From positions 1 to 64,000 of IMG/VR virus record IMGVR_UViG_3300028559_000015: a stretch of DNA of 64,000 nucleotides; one strand, written 5' to 3'. The notes beneath the pieces were generated by a model. That model made no database searches, was not told where the DNA came from, and saw only the letters and a list, made by a program, of their open reading frames with translations. This document shows positions 46,388-58,627 of this stretch, piece after piece; positions within the stretch are counted from its first letter, which is position 1, and each line of letters opens with the position of its first letter. This DNA comes from a virus. The position numbers were made by a program, and so were the translations under genes.

Positions 46388-47392
46388 GTGAAATACGCAC
46401 TGATCGACACTGCTAACACTTTCTTCCGCGCTAGGCATGTTGCTGCTCGCAACACTGATACGTGGGAGAAGATTGGCATGGCTATGCATCTAACGCTTTC
46501 GTCTGTAAATCAGGCTGTGCGTATGTTCAACATCGACCACGTTGTGTTCTGTCTTGAAGGCCGTTCATGGCGTAAAGAATTCTACAAGCCCTACAAAGCG
46601 CATCGTGCTATCGACAACACTGCGTTGACTGAGGCTGAAATCGAAGAAAACAAGATGTTCTGGGAAACGTATGAAGCGTTCACTACGTTCCTGTCTCAGA
46701 AGACTAATTCTAGCGTGTTGCGTCATCCCAACGCAGAAGCAGATGATCTTATCGCCCGCTTTGTTGACTTGCACCCCGAAGATGAACACTATATCATTTC
46801 GTCCGACACTGACTTCGTGCAGTTGATCAGTGAGAACGTGCATCAGTACAACGGTGTCGCGGGTCAGTTGATCAAGCTAGATGGCTATTTCAATGATCGA
46901 GGTAAGCCTGTCAAGGACAAGAAGACCGGTGAGCAAAAGCTGCTAGAAGACCCTGAGTATCTTCTGTTTAAGAAGATCATTCGTGGCGATGCTACTGACA
47001 ATGTTTTCTCTGCTTATCCAGGTGTGCGTGAGAAGGGTTCTAAGAACTCTGTCGGCATCAAGGAAGCGTTTGAAGATCGCAACAAGCAAGGCTTCAATTG
47101 GAATAATCTGATGTTGCAGCGTTGGGCTGATCACAACGGAGACGAACACCGTGTCAAAGATGACTACGAACGCAACAAGACGTTGATTGATCTCCGAGCG
47201 CAACCAGCAGAAATCAAGGCTGCGGTAGACGGAGTGATCAAGGAGAACGTGCGTACAACTGTAACCCCAATGGTTGGCATTCATCTTATGAAGTTCTGCG
47301 GCAAGTATGAACTCACTAAGATTTCGGAGCAGGCTGAGACTTATTCAAAGTGGCTCAACAATCCATATAAAGGAGTTCTCAATGCCGATTGA
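46388..47392 (+). CDS. rnh: RNase H / 5'-3' exonuclease (T4 rnh-like)
   Basis: LIDTAN; SWRK..Y..YK; EADD; ISSDTDFVQL; RGDATDNV. Confidence 0.92.
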   Translation: MKYALIDTANTFFRARHVAARNTDTWEKIGMAMHLTLSSVNQAVRMFNIDHVVFCLEGRSWRKEFYKPYKAHRAIDNTALTEAEIEENKMFWETYEAFTTFLSQKTNSSVLRHPNAEADDLIARFVDLHPEDEHYIISSDTDFVQLISENVHQYNGVAGQLIKLDGYFNDRGKPVKDKKTGEQKLLEDPEYLLFKKIIRGDATDNVFSAYPGVREKGSKNSVGIKEAFEDRNKQGFNWNNLMLQRWADHNGDEHRVKDDYERNKTLIDLRAQPAEIKAAVDGVIKENVRTTVTPMVGIHLMKFCGKYELTKISEQAETYSKWLNNPYKGVLNAD

Positions 47393-49022
47393 TCCTGTCT
47401 ATCTTTGCAAAGATTGTAAGTTTAGCAAGATGGATGTGACAGATACTATTTTTACACTCGGTGGCCGAATGGGTGCTAAAGGATTCATGTACAAATGCGC
47501 TAAAACAATAAAGCTAGCGCATAGCGTACTTGACCCTGTCACAGGTCCCGAAAAGATTGAGACTAGAATGTCGTACTGCGAAATTGAGCGCAGGCACGGT
47601 GACTGTGGTCTTACTGCAAAGCACTGGGTACCTAAGCACAAGAAAGATTTATTTAAAATGTTGACAAAGGAATCATATGACTGAACTAGTCGCAAAGCCA
47701 ATCGTAAAGAACCAGTTTTGGATCGTCACTGATGGCATCAAGAAGGTTGGTAACATTGAAGTTAACAATGATGGGTACGGTGTCCGACTTAATGGAACTT
47801 TGTTACAGTTCAATAACACTGACGAGTTGAAGAAGAAGACTCATATTCGGTTTGAGCCTATCAAGTCAAACAACAAGAAAGTCTCGCTTCCCTATCCCGA
47901 ATACCCAACCACTCCTCGCACTTACAACTCACTGTTTGATGTTAAGCGGGGCTTGCATCTGTTCACTAAGACACGCAAATCTAAGTGTCAGCATGCCGCG
48001 GGTTGGTTTGTGATGGATCAGAACGGAGTTAAGGTTGTTGTTTTTTGTCCTAAATATATCTTTATCCAACGTTATCCTTACTCTGGTCCGTATAAAACAG
48101 AGGCTGAAGCGCAAGTTCAGATAAATACAAGATGATGCATATTAACCGATTCATGGATAAGATGACCGTAGCTGACTCCAAACAAAACAAAGATTTGGTG
48201 TTGCCGATGACGGATGCCCGTGGATTGCGTGATGATATCGCTAGGTTACTGTCAGACTTGTATGAATTGTCTAAGACCAAGAATCAAAACGAGGTAATAC
48301 AAGTCGAAGTTAAGGGCGGATCATTCAAGTGAGTAGAACGCAACCAAATGTACTACTAGAGTATGTAGACAAGAAGACCTACAAGTGTGACCAGATTGTT
48401 GAGGCTGCTGGCATTTGGGCCGTGTTTTACGACGGGCAATCTATCAATCTCAAGTCTTCTCATTATCTCGCAAACGATGCTGCTCCGAAGTATAAAAAGA
48501 CTAGCTTCTCCAATCCAGGACATGCTAGAAACCTTTGCCGCAAATTGAATGCACAATTCAAGACAGATAAGTTTACTGTCGTTTTCATGAACTCGGGACG
48601 CACAGTTTATCCCGATGACTTATCCTAAGACCAAACTTGAAATTGTCAAAACTATCCTGACTGAGACCAAGGATGATCCTGACTTTCCCTGGAACAATCA
48701 TGAACCTGACAAGCTGATATTTGAATGGTTTGTTACAGGTAGAAGGGGCGATGGGCTTAGACTAACTGATGTTGGTGCTACTGCTTTCATAAAAGCAAAC
48801 ATCGCTCATTACTCATTTGAACTTAATAAGCAGAGTTCTAGAAAGAACTGGGAAAGTTATGTTATGGTTCTAAACAAGAAAATGCATTGTCCCTATTACA
48901 TCGGAGCGGAAATCGACGAGAAGAAAAAGAAAAAACCCTATATCAGAGTCTACGATCACAAGATAGCTATGCTCATGACATTGTACGGCACAGTAGATGA
49001 CTATCTGGATTCAGTAAAATAA
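47382..49022 (+). CDS. Five coupled hypothetical ORFs (47382-47684, 47677-48135, 48132-48332, 48329-48628, 48615-49022)
   Basis: Overlapping stop/start codons. Confidence 0.7.
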
Positions 49023-49144
49023 TATTTGTCTTCTTAAACCAACTCAAAAAGTAATATCCGATTCGTCAGGCATTTTTTTTGGATAAAAAAGGTTGACATT
49101 GGCTTCGTATTTGTTATGATTAGTATGTAGCAAGGAGATATCAA

Positions 49145-51533
49145 ATGGCACAAGTTAATGTTAAGTTTCGTGTTCACTGCGTAGACTCAGAGCGTGGTTG
49201 GGGCCAAGACTACTGGCACGTTGATTTCGACACCCGCCCCGAAGCTGAAAAGTTTATGGCAGACACCAATGCTAAGAATACTGCTAAGTTTGCCCCTGAC
49301 TTCTACAGCCAGGCAAATAGCATCGAAATGGTCGAAGCATAAAAATCGTACCCGAGGTCATTTTTCGGTTGACTTCGGGTACCCATTTTGCTATATTGAA
49401 TCATAAGCTGAGAAAGAGGTTTTTATATGTCACTGGATGTTTATCTGACTGCTGTTCGCCCCACAGAGGTGTACAGCCGCAACATCACGCACAATCTGAA
49501 CAAGATGGCTATGGAAGCCGGCATCTACGAGGCCCTGTGGCGCCCCGAAGAAATCAATGTCACTACCGCTGAACAACTGGTTCCTCTGCTGGAAACAGGC
49601 CTGGAAACCCTGCGGGCCGATCCTGAGCGTTTTAAGGAGTTTAATGCTCCAAACGGTTGGGGCATGTACGATAACCTGATTCATTTTGTTGAAGACTATC
49701 TGGAAGCCTGCAAGGAAAACCCCGATGCTGAGGTCAACGTAAGTCGTTGATTCACGAGAGCCAAAGTAATTCACTCTTTGGTGAAAAAATCTTGACTTCT
49801 TCTTAAAATCTGTTATATTGTTTACACACTGAAACAAAGGAAATTTTTATGTTTAGCGTTATCGTTGCTTTCATTCTTGGAATGGTTGTTATGGACTTCA
49901 TGTGGGCCTACAAGATGGGAATCCCGCAGGCCATGTGGCGTCGTTGGAAAAATCGCAAGACCCGCATTTAAGGGTTGACTTCTTCGCAAAGAAGTAGTAC
50001 TTTAAGTTCATAGATTGAAGCAACGGAAGCAGCACATGGCTCGTTATCAGGCTCCCAAGATTTCTTATTCGACCGACGAAGTGTTTGCTGCTGCTTGTGC
50101 TGCACAGCGCATCAACGGTGAATATCTCAAGGACGATAAGATTCTGTATGATACTGACGGGTATGTCCTTTCGGTCGATAAGGTCGCTAACAAGAAGCTG
50201 ACTTCTCAGTTTCTTCGCGGTGACTTTGACATCAACGATGAGGACCGTGCGCTGGGACAAGAAGTGCGTCAATACTGCAACTCTCTGACGTTCAAGATCC
50301 TGCAGGGAAAGACTCTGAGTGATTTTGAGCAGACCATGCTCAAGATTGCTGACAAAGAGATTGTTGACAGCTTCTACGATATTGCTGTTGTTTCGTCTCT
50401 CCCTGCTTCGTATGAGCGTTCTAAGGCTCGGCGTGAGCAGAGCAATCGCCTCCGCGATCATCAGGGCTGTCTGAGTCAAGCAGAAGGTACCGCAGTTGAT
50501 CTTGAAATCGAAGTCGTGCGCTGCAACTATAGCAACAACTGGAACACTTATTATGTCACTGCTATTGTTGAAAATGCTGTAGTGTTTTTTGCGTTTCGTG
50601 ATCAGATTGAGATTGGTTCTAAAATCCGCGTCAAGGGTAAGATTAAATCCCACAAGGAAGATCGTACCCAACTTAGCCGCGTGAAAGTTATTTAAGGTTT
50701 ACGAGAAGCGGACAAGTCCCGAATGGCAGGTCGTATATTGGGTCTCCCTTAAGTGGGTTGTAAATTCCCTCAGTGTGCTGGCTTGTCCGCTTCTTGTATT
50801 TTCTTTTAGGGTTTATGTATGACAGATTGGACGATACCAATTCAAAGTGTAGGGCGCTCTTGCCGTCCGGGTATGGAAGTCAATATGCTTACCGCAGGAA
50901 AAGGCAAGTCTGTTTCTGTGGATATAGAATCCGATGCTTGGACCCCGATGGTATGGCGACTTCAATCTTTACTGAGCCCTCACTATGCTGAATATTTTGA
51001 CTATGATACCGGTGAGACATACTGGAAGAAGTTCACTGGGCTGCCTAAAATAGCAGACTTATATAGAGCAAACAATGTCATTCGCAAGAATGAAGACGGT
51101 TCATATGAATATGTTAAGAATCGTCAAACTGGCGATGAGCGTCGGCTGACCGAACAAGAAGTTATTTGGCTCATTTTGAAAGCAGGAGCATAAGATGCAA
51201 ATCGCAATCGCAGATACTACTGGTAATGTTTCTATTTGGTGCGAAGTCATTGGCATCAATAAGGATGGTTCTATCAATTTCAGCGTCATCAATGGTGCTT
51301 GGGATGGTAAGTACCACAACAATACCGTGTACGTAGAATATACTAAGGCAACCTATCCTGGCTTCCTTGTCTGGGTTGGTCGAGCTAAGTTTAACGAGCA
51401 AGATTACAACGATGCTATTCCCTGGATCCAAGAACAGATTAATGATCCTGATTATGTAATGACGCAGCCCACTCAGTATGTTGGTCCCGTCAGACAACGG
51501 CGAAAAGATGAGCCAGACGATATTCCTTTCTAA
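49145..51533 (+). CDS. Early hypothetical ORFs (49145-49342, 49427-49750, 50036-50695 with OB-fold-like C-terminus, 50819-51193, 51195-51533)
   Basis: Several preceded by TTGAC..TAT promoters and RBSs. Confidence 0.65.
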
Positions 51534-51737
51534 GCCCAGTTATCTTCCGATATGTCAGCCCCCCACCTTCTCAAAACACACAGATGTGTGGCGCAACTTT
51601 ATGGCATCACTTGATGTTAAAGATAAATTTGACCCACGCTTTGCTGACCAAATGAGAAAATGGAACGGTATGCTGATCAATGATGTGGTCAGGTTTGAAT
51701 CCGACAAAGATAAAATGTGGTTTATTTTGAGGTGGTC

Positions 51738-52016
51738 GTGAATTACAAATTCATCGGTTGGTGTCGTGAAGATAAGCACGATAAGGTTTGGGGCGTTATC
51801 ACCCTTCACTCAAATTCTTACGTTACCTTTTGGGGTCGACGCGGCTCAAAGCTACAAACTAAGATCAGTACGGATTCCCATGCCGTTAACCACTCGATAT
51901 ACAAAAAGAAAAGGAATGGCTACCAGAGCATTCCGCGCGATGAGATTGATCAGGTTTATCCTGAATTTCAATCCGATCTAGAGAAGACTGCCCTTTGGGC
52001 GATGCTTAAGGCTTGA
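51738..52016 (+). CDS. WGR-like domain protein
   Basis: HDKVWG...TFWGRRG...KKKRNGY. Confidence 0.65.
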   Translation: MNYKFIGWCREDKHDKVWGVITLHSNSYVTFWGRRGSKLQTKISTDSHAVNHSIYKKKRNGYQSIPRDEIDQVYPEFQSDLEKTALWAMLKA

Positions 52017-52065
52017 CTTTTATTTGTCTTCGCTGTATAGTGACTACATAAACTAAAGGAAACAC

Positions 52066-53439
52066 ATGTCTGCATCTTGGATTCAAAAGCTGGCTGAAAG
52101 CGATTCTCGCCTTCATAAAGAAGATGTTATTCTTCAAGCACTGACTGCTGCAAAGCTAGGCAATGATATCTCCTCGCGGTTTCTGCGAGGATTAAAAGTA
52201 TGCTATGACCCGTTCGTGACGTTCGGTGTAAGGAAGATTCCTGATACAGTAGGTATCACTGGTGCAGAAAATCCTGCAGACGATTTCGACCAGCTTCTCA
52301 TAGACCTTTCTGCTCGGCTCTTGACCGGGCATGATGCTCGTGATGCTATTCAGGGTCTTGCTGAACGGTTTGACAGTGATGAGTGGAATTACTTCTACGC
52401 TCCTATCCTTCGGCGTGACATGCGTTGTGGCATCAGCGCGACCACAATCAACAAGATTGTTAAGAAAACGGATTACGAAATTCCGATATTCAGTTGCCAG
52501 CTTGCTTCGAACAGCGAAGGCCGCCCTGAAATGCGCGGCACGAAACGTCTTGAACCGAAGCTGGATGGTGTTCGGGTGTTGATGATGGTGGCTGTGCAAC
52601 AAGGTATTTCCCGTCCTCCTACTACTTCGGTAGTTTGCTATAGTCGCAACGGCAAAGTGTTTGATAACTTCTCGCACATTGAAAATCAAGTCCTCAATAA
52701 CGTCGAGCGGCTGATCGCTGCTGCTGATAAAGTAGATGACATGCAGAGCGGCATTCTTAAGCAAGGATTTGTCCTTGACGGCGAAGTCGTCGGCAACACT
52801 TTCCAAGAACTGATGCGTCAGGCTCGTCGTAAAGAAAATGTCGATGCTGCTGACAGCGTGTTCCACGTATTTGATGTTCTTCCTCTTGCTGACTTTCAGC
52901 GTGGTCATTGGAATGCACCGTTGAGCAAGCGTATCGCTTTGCTTGAAGCTATGCAGCCTGCATTTGATAAGATGCCCAACGCTGAACTTCTCCCTCATCT
53001 TCAAGTTGACCTTGATACAAGTGAGGGTAAGAACCAGATTGAGCGTTACGCCAATGAAATGGTGAATGCAGGATTCGAGGGCATCATGATCAAGAATCTT
53101 GATGCACCTTATCTCTGTAAGCGTAGCACGGACTGGATGAAGTGGAAACCTACTATCACTGTTGATCTTCAAGTGATCGGTCTTGAAGAAGGTACCGGTA
53201 GAAACAAGGATCGGCTTGGTGCATTGGTCTGCAATGGTGTTGATGATGGTAAGGAGATCACTGTCAACGCTGGTTCTGGATTCAGTGACGCAGAGCGTGA
53301 CAGTCTTTGGGAAGATCGCAATCTGATCGTTGGTCGTACGGTTGAGGTTATGGCTGATGCTATCACACAGAACCAAGACGGTACATATTCGCTGCGCTTC
53401 CCGCGCTTCGTTCGATTCCGTGATGATAAAGGAGAATAA
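52066..53439 (+). CDS. lig: ATP-dependent DNA ligase
   Basis: EPKLDGVR; LDGEV; EGIMIK; WMKWK; SLRFPRF..FRDDK. Confidence 0.96.
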   Translation: MSASWIQKLAESDSRLHKEDVILQALTAAKLGNDISSRFLRGLKVCYDPFVTFGVRKIPDTVGITGAENPADDFDQLLIDLSARLLTGHDARDAIQGLAERFDSDEWNYFYAPILRRDMRCGISATTINKIVKKTDYEIPIFSCQLASNSEGRPEMRGTKRLEPKLDGVRVLMMVAVQQGISRPPTTSVVCYSRNGKVFDNFSHIENQVLNNVERLIAAADKVDDMQSGILKQGFVLDGEVVGNTFQELMRQARRKENVDAADSVFHVFDVLPLADFQRGHWNAPLSKRIALLEAMQPAFDKMPNAELLPHLQVDLDTSEGKNQIERYANEMVNAGFEGIMIKNLDAPYLCKRSTDWMKWKPTITVDLQVIGLEEGTGRNKDRLGALVCNGVDDGKEITVNAGSGFSDAERDSLWEDRNLIVGRTVEVMADAITQNQDGTYSLRFPRFVRFRDDKGE

Positions 53440-53441
53440 AA

Positions 53442-54296
53442 ATGAACATTAAAGAAAAATACAACACCCTGAGTGTTAAGACTAGAGCAGCCGTCAAGAC
53501 GGCTGCTATCATGACCGTTGCATTCGGGGCGCCGAGCCTAATTGTTGCTATGCCGCAGATTATGCTTCCTATTCTGTTTTTTAGTTTAATCGCAGGAGCT
53601 ACATATGCGATATACGCCATTGTGCTGTCTGATATGAAATATGAAGAAAAGTACAAGAAATGAACATTGAAATCATCTTTGCAGAGCCTCCCCAACGGTG
53701 CGAATGCTGCGGCATCATTGCTGAAACTCGACCATACGGGTTCAATCACGAAGAAATCTGCTTTGAGTGTGCTATTAAAGACGAGTCGCTTACAGAAATC
53801 AGAGCTAAAGAATTTTTGTTCGGATAGGGAGAATGATGTATTTAACCGTAGCTTTTATTTTGTTGGTAGTATTTGCATACTTTGCTACTTACATCGATTA
53901 CCGTTTTGAGATTTATGGTCTTGGTTGGACCTTCACTATGGGGGTTGTTGCATGTTTTTTTTGGCCATTGACTCTCGGACTTGCTATCTTCATTGGTCCG
54001 TTGATTCTAGTCATGCGTCTGGGCGCAAAGCGTAGAGGAGACAAATTCTAATGATAGAAGATGATGAGGATATGGAGAAGGTTACAGCCGAATGGTCTGC
54101 AAAGCTACTAGGGCTTCACCACACGTTTGAAGACGGTGATAGTATTGAAGTCACTCAAGTAAGACGCAGAGACACTGGTCCTTGGGTCACCTTTAATGTC
54201 AGGCAAGGTCCGGGCATCCCGAGAAAGTTGCTTATGGGTATAGACGAGTTTCTCGGGACATATGGCCACTTGTTCATCAAAGAAGAAAATAGTTAA
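53442..54296 (+). CDS. Small ORFs (53442-53663 membrane, 53660-53827 Zn-ribbon, 53833-54051 membrane, 54051-54296)
   Basis: Hydrophobic segments; CECCG...CFEC in the 55-aa ORF absent from the track. Confidence 0.6.
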
Positions 54297-54330
54297 CTTT
54301 ATCCTTAGGGGATAGTAGTATAAATAAAGC

Positions 54331-55764
54331 ATGACTTTAAATAGAAAAATATTCAGTTTTGCAACTATCACCTTATTAGTTGCTCTTTCATTGAGTGCCG
54401 TTGCGGCTTGGTACTCTATTCAGGGATTGATGGCTATCTTCGCCGCTGCCCTCATCCCTATCATGATTATGGGAGGCTCCCTAGAACTAGCTAAGATAGT
54501 CACGACTGTTTGGTTACATAGATATTGGGATAGGTGCGGTTGGGTGATGAAGCTCTACCTTATTCCCGCAGTCGTTGCTCTTGCATTGTTGACTAGCATG
54601 GGTATCTTTGGTTTCTTGTCAAAAGCACACAGTGACCAGAGCTTAGTAAGCGGAGATGCAGCAGCTAGGATTGAGTTGGTTGACGAAAAGATCCGGATTT
54701 CTCGTGAAAACATCGCCATGAACCAAAGGGCGATTGAACAAATGAACAGCCAGGTCGACCAGTTACTAGGTAGAACAGATGACGATAGAGGTGCTAATCG
54801 TGCGGTTCAAGTTCGTAGGCAACAATCCGCGGAACGTAATCGACTATTACAAGAGATAGAAGCCGAACAAGTTGAAATCGCACAGCTTAACGAAGAGGTC
54901 GCGCCTATTCGTGCAGAGATTCGTAAGATTGAGGCAGAAGTAGGTCCGATCAAATATATTGCTGCGATGATCTACGGGGATAACCCTGACACAAACCTGT
55001 TAGAACGTGCGGTACGATGGATGATTGTTCTTATCGTTCTTGTTTTTGATCCGCTGGCTCTTATGCTTATGATAGCTGCACAGAGCAGTTACAAATGGGA
55101 TGCAGAGGACGCAAAGAAAGAAAAAAATGAGATTGAATATAAGCCTGAACCTGAGTCTAAGTCAGCTAATATTGAGAAGAATGAAGATGTGCATAGTACA
55201 GAAATACTACAAGAAGAGGCTACTCAAGTCGATGACATCTTGGGAGAACCACTACCAGAAAAACCTCTTCCTGACGCAGATGAACTTGTCGATGAGTTGG
55301 CGCAGAGTGAGGCAGAACCTGCACAACATGTCGAACCCGCCGAGGAAGTAGCAATCCAAACGGAGGGCGTGACCCTTCATGAAATACAGGAAGGCTACTA
55401 CGACGTTGAGGGGAAATCTATGAGCAAGGCTGCATTGTTGGGAATGCGTCCTGAATTGTTTTCCGCGAGACCAGACAGTGAGCAAAGTAGTACTAACTTT
55501 GGAACCGAGTTTCCTAGATTTGCGAAGAAGTCTGACATATTCGTTCGTGTAGATGTTCTTCCCAACAAAGTTTTTAAATTTGATGGTTACAAGTGGATTG
55601 AGATCAACAAAGAAAACAGTGATTCGTATCTGTATGACGAAGCATACATTCGCCACCTCGTGAGTAAGATTGCATCCGGCGAATATGATGTTGATTTACT
55701 TTCAGAAAACGAGAAAGCGCAGATTGAAGAATATCTTCAACGAAATCAGTCCCAAGATAAGTAA
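54331..55764 (+). CDS. Late membrane-anchored coiled-coil protein
   Basis: N-terminal TM helices, coiled coil, EVGPIKYIA, VFDPLA; TATAAATA promoter. Confidence 0.75.
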   Translation: MTLNRKIFSFATITLLVALSLSAVAAWYSIQGLMAIFAAALIPIMIMGGSLELAKIVTTVWLHRYWDRCGWVMKLYLIPAVVALALLTSMGIFGFLSKAHSDQSLVSGDAAARIELVDEKIRISRENIAMNQRAIEQMNSQVDQLLGRTDDDRGANRAVQVRRQQSAERNRLLQEIEAEQVEIAQLNEEVAPIRAEIRKIEAEVGPIKYIAAMIYGDNPDTNLLERAVRWMIVLIVLVFDPLALMLMIAAQSSYKWDAEDAKKEKNEIEYKPEPESKSANIEKNEDVHSTEILQEEATQVDDILGEPLPEKPLPDADELVDELAQSEAEPAQHVEPAEEVAIQTEGVTLHEIQEGYYDVEGKSMSKAALLGMRPELFSARPDSEQSSTNFGTEFPRFAKKSDIFVRVDVLPNKVFKFDGYKWIEINKENSDSYLYDEAYIRHLVSKIASGEYDVDLLSENEKAQIEEYLQRNQSQDK

Positions 55765-55769
55765 TATAT

Positions 55770-56966
55770 ATGACTGACAATAAGATACAGCATTGTTCTT
55801 TCTGCGGAAACCATAAAGATCAAGTAACAAAATTAATAGTAAGTGAAGACGTTTCGATTTGCAGCGGTTGTATTTCTTTATGCACCCAACTACTGGAAGA
55901 AGAAAACAGTGAGGGGAAAAAGGAAATAGAATCTAAAAACTTCGACGCATATAGCATTAAAGAACACCTGGATCAGTTGGTCATTGGGCAAAACGACGCC
56001 AAAGAGGTGCTAGCAGTTGCAATATCAAATCATTACAAGCGAATCAATCATCCGCCCAAAGACCTTGAGATTCAGAAGGGCAACGTGTTGTTGATTGGTC
56101 CAACTGGATCAGGCAAGACGTTACTCGCTAGGGCAGTTGCAAAGTATCTTAATGTACCGTTTGTTGTAGCAGATGCAACTAGTCTTACTGAGGCAGGCTA
56201 TGTGGGAGAAGACGTAGAGAGTATGATTTCAATGCTGCTTGCTTTGGCGGACAATGATGTTAGCAAAGCAGAACGCGGAATCGTGTTTATCGACGAAATT
56301 GATAAGATCGCCCGCAAGAGCGAAAGCACTAGCATTACCCGTGATGTGAGCGGTGAAGGAGTGCAGCAAGCACTGCTAAAGTTAGTAGAAGGCACTAAGT
56401 GCAGGGTGAGTGCTGCGGGTAAGCGTAAGCACCCGCAAGGAGAATCCATCGAAGTTGACACTAAGAACATTCTATTCATCGCAGGCGGAGCATTCGTTGG
56501 ACTTGAGAACGTCATTAAGTCAAGAACTCAAGGAACCTCGATTGGGTTCGGAGCCGAGGTCAAATCTAAGAACGAAAAACCTAACATCAATCAAGTCACT
56601 CCTGATGATCTAACTCGTTTCGGAATGATTCCCGAATTCATCGGTAGATTCACCACCACAATCACGCTACAAGAATTGACTCTACCACAACTGATAGAAG
56701 TCCTGACTGATATCAAGAATAGCTTTATTAAGCAATATGCCTATCTGTTTTCGATTGATGATATCAATCTTTCATTCACTGACCAAGCTATCGAAAAAAT
56801 TGCACAGAACTGCATAGATTTAAAGACAGGTGCCCGCGGACTTCATACTGAGATTGAGCGTGTACTGATGCCACACCTCTTCCACATCAATAGGTACAAA
56901 GAGAACAATCTAACTGAATTAGTGATTGATGTAGAACATATCGATGAGCCTAAATCTATCTTTTAG
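55770..56966 (+). CDS. clpX: ATP-dependent Clp protease ATPase subunit
   Basis: C4 zinc domain; GPTGSGKT; GYVGED; IDEIDK; RKHP; IGF loop. Confidence 0.96.
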   Translation: MTDNKIQHCSFCGNHKDQVTKLIVSEDVSICSGCISLCTQLLEEENSEGKKEIESKNFDAYSIKEHLDQLVIGQNDAKEVLAVAISNHYKRINHPPKDLEIQKGNVLLIGPTGSGKTLLARAVAKYLNVPFVVADATSLTEAGYVGEDVESMISMLLALADNDVSKAERGIVFIDEIDKIARKSESTSITRDVSGEGVQQALLKLVEGTKCRVSAAGKRKHPQGESIEVDTKNILFIAGGAFVGLENVIKSRTQGTSIGFGAEVKSKNEKPNINQVTPDDLTRFGMIPEFIGRFTTTITLQELTLPQLIEVLTDIKNSFIKQYAYLFSIDDINLSFTDQAIEKIAQNCIDLKTGARGLHTEIERVLMPHLFHINRYKENNLTELVIDVEHIDEPKSIF

Positions 56967-57071
56967 ACCCAAAATACTATATTTTTTTGCGTAATAGTGT
57001 ACACTAAATAATATTGTAGATGCTTTAATAGGTCTACAACAATAGTCTTGCTAACACATAGGAGATAAAAC

Positions 57072-57539
57072 ATGACTAATGCACATCTAAACCTTCGTTC
57101 CCTCGACATTCCGTCAATTCATAAATTTGCTGTAGGATTCGATAACGTCTTTGACGAACTTCTACGAATCAATGCACAGAATGCACAGCAAGCAAACGGA
57201 TCAAATTATCCCCCATACAACGTAGTAAAGCACGATGACGATCATTTCGCCATCGAACTTGCTGTGGCTGGTTTTAACATCGGGGACATCTCTATCACAG
57301 TAGAAAAGAATCTTCTCACTATAAGAGGGGAGCGTGAATACATCAGTGAAGACGCCTCGGAAATCACATATTTGCATCAGGGAATTGGTTACCGCAATTT
57401 CTCTCGTACATTTACTTTGGCAGAGCATGTCGAAGTGATAGGGGCAACCTCGGAGAACGGTATTCTCAAGATTAATCTTGAGCGTAAGGTTCCTGACGAA
57501 CAAAAGCCCAAAACAATTGCTATTTCGTACAATAAATAA
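57072..57539 (+). CDS. Small heat-shock protein (Hsp20/IbpA-like)
   Basis: NYPPYNV; IELAVAGF; FSRTFTL; ENGILKI. Confidence 0.93.
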   Translation: MTNAHLNLRSLDIPSIHKFAVGFDNVFDELLRINAQNAQQANGSNYPPYNVVKHDDDHFAIELAVAGFNIGDISITVEKNLLTIRGEREYISEDASEITYLHQGIGYRNFSRTFTLAEHVEVIGATSENGILKINLERKVPDEQKPKTIAISYNK

Positions 57540-57601
57540 TAGAAGTAACATAGTGCTTGCAGTCATTGTGACTGCAAGCACACCTTAAAGGAATCATATT
57601 A

Positions 57602-57910
57602 ATGGCAAATGCAGAACCAAAAGCTAAGATTAGACCCAACGTTGCTCTCAAGGAGCCGCCCCTATACAAGGTCATCTACATGAATGATGAACACACATCG
57701 ATGGAATTTGTGATTGAAAGTCTATGTGAATATTTCAACTACAATCCGGACACTGCTACGCAGATTACAGTAGATGTTCACGAAAAAGGTAGTGCAGTTG
57801 TTGCAGTCTTGCCTTATGAAATTGCAGAACAAAAGGGTATCGAAGTGACACTTGATGCTCGGGCCCAAGGATTTCCGCTTCAGGTCAAAGTCGAAGCAGA
57901 ATCAGACTGA
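57602..57910 (+). CDS. clpS: Clp adaptor ClpS
   Basis: PPLYKVIYMNDEHTSMEFV; VHEKG; YEIAE; FPL. Confidence 0.92.
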   Translation: MANAEPKAKIRPNVALKEPPLYKVIYMNDEHTSMEFVIESLCEYFNYNPDTATQITVDVHEKGSAVVAVLPYEIAEQKGIEVTLDARAQGFPLQVKVEAESD

Positions 57911-58603
57911 CAGCGTTATTCTCTTAGCCCAATAGGGCTGTTTATAAGGGCGGGGGTTGTTGACGTAATTTACGTTACCTAAATGAGTGTCAACAATCTT
58001 ATCATAGGTTCCAAATACCCAATGCGTTACTTTGCGTTCAGTATCAATTTTTAAAGTAGCGTGTAGGGGTATTTGGGCCTCTGTTACTTCAGGGGTTTCT
58101 TTGAAGTACAAGTCTGGATGAGGTACTGCATTAGTCACGACGATGACTTTTACGATGTCCAGATGTTTTTGAAGTTTTTCAATAGACTTATATAGATACG
58201 TTGTATCTTCTTCCCTCGATGCTGCTTCCATTAAGTTTTCTACTGTGAGATTGTCAGTGTCAGCGTTTGCCCATCCATTGGCACCAATGATAGCAATTCC
58301 GTCAATCATCACTACATGATGATGCAGTATACAAACATTAGGTATAGCAAGAGTTAAACTCATCAACTCTTCCGTCCTAGACTGAATGTCAATGGCAGTC
58401 TTATATTCGAGCGTCCCTGGAACGAAAAACACACCCTGATAACAAGTACCAAGATGTGCTAACGTTTGAAGTGTCGTTCTCAGGTCAGAACTAATGTTAC
58501 CTGATACAATACAGTACAGGCTAGCCGCCTTGTTTTCCCAATTGAAGCTGTCTTCGGGTGATAAGTTTAGATCACCGAGGACATCAAAGCCGATATCTTG
58601 CAT
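57902..58603 (-). CDS. Metallophosphoesterase-fold protein with metal ligands substituted
   Basis: GDLNL, SGNI, PGTLEY, TNAVP, WVFGTY in place of DxH/GD/GNH/H/GHxH. Confidence 0.65.
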   Translation of the reverse strand: MQDIGFDVLGDLNLSPEDSFNWENKAASLYCIVSGNISSDLRTTLQTLAHLGTCYQGVFFVPGTLEYKTAIDIQSRTEELMSLTLAIPNVCILHHHVVMIDGIAIIGANGWANADTDNLTVENLMEAASREEDTTYLYKSIEKLQKHLDIVKVIVVTNAVPHPDLYFKETPEVTEAQIPLHATLKIDTERKVTHWVFGTYDKIVDTHLGNVNYVNNPRPYKQPYWAKRITLSV

Positions 58604-58627
58604 CTTTAATTAGATTACTATGTGATC

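Noticed and set aside
49898-53376. Long antisense ORFs (49898-50671, 52192-53376)
   Set aside because: Mirror frames of well-supported plus-strand genes.
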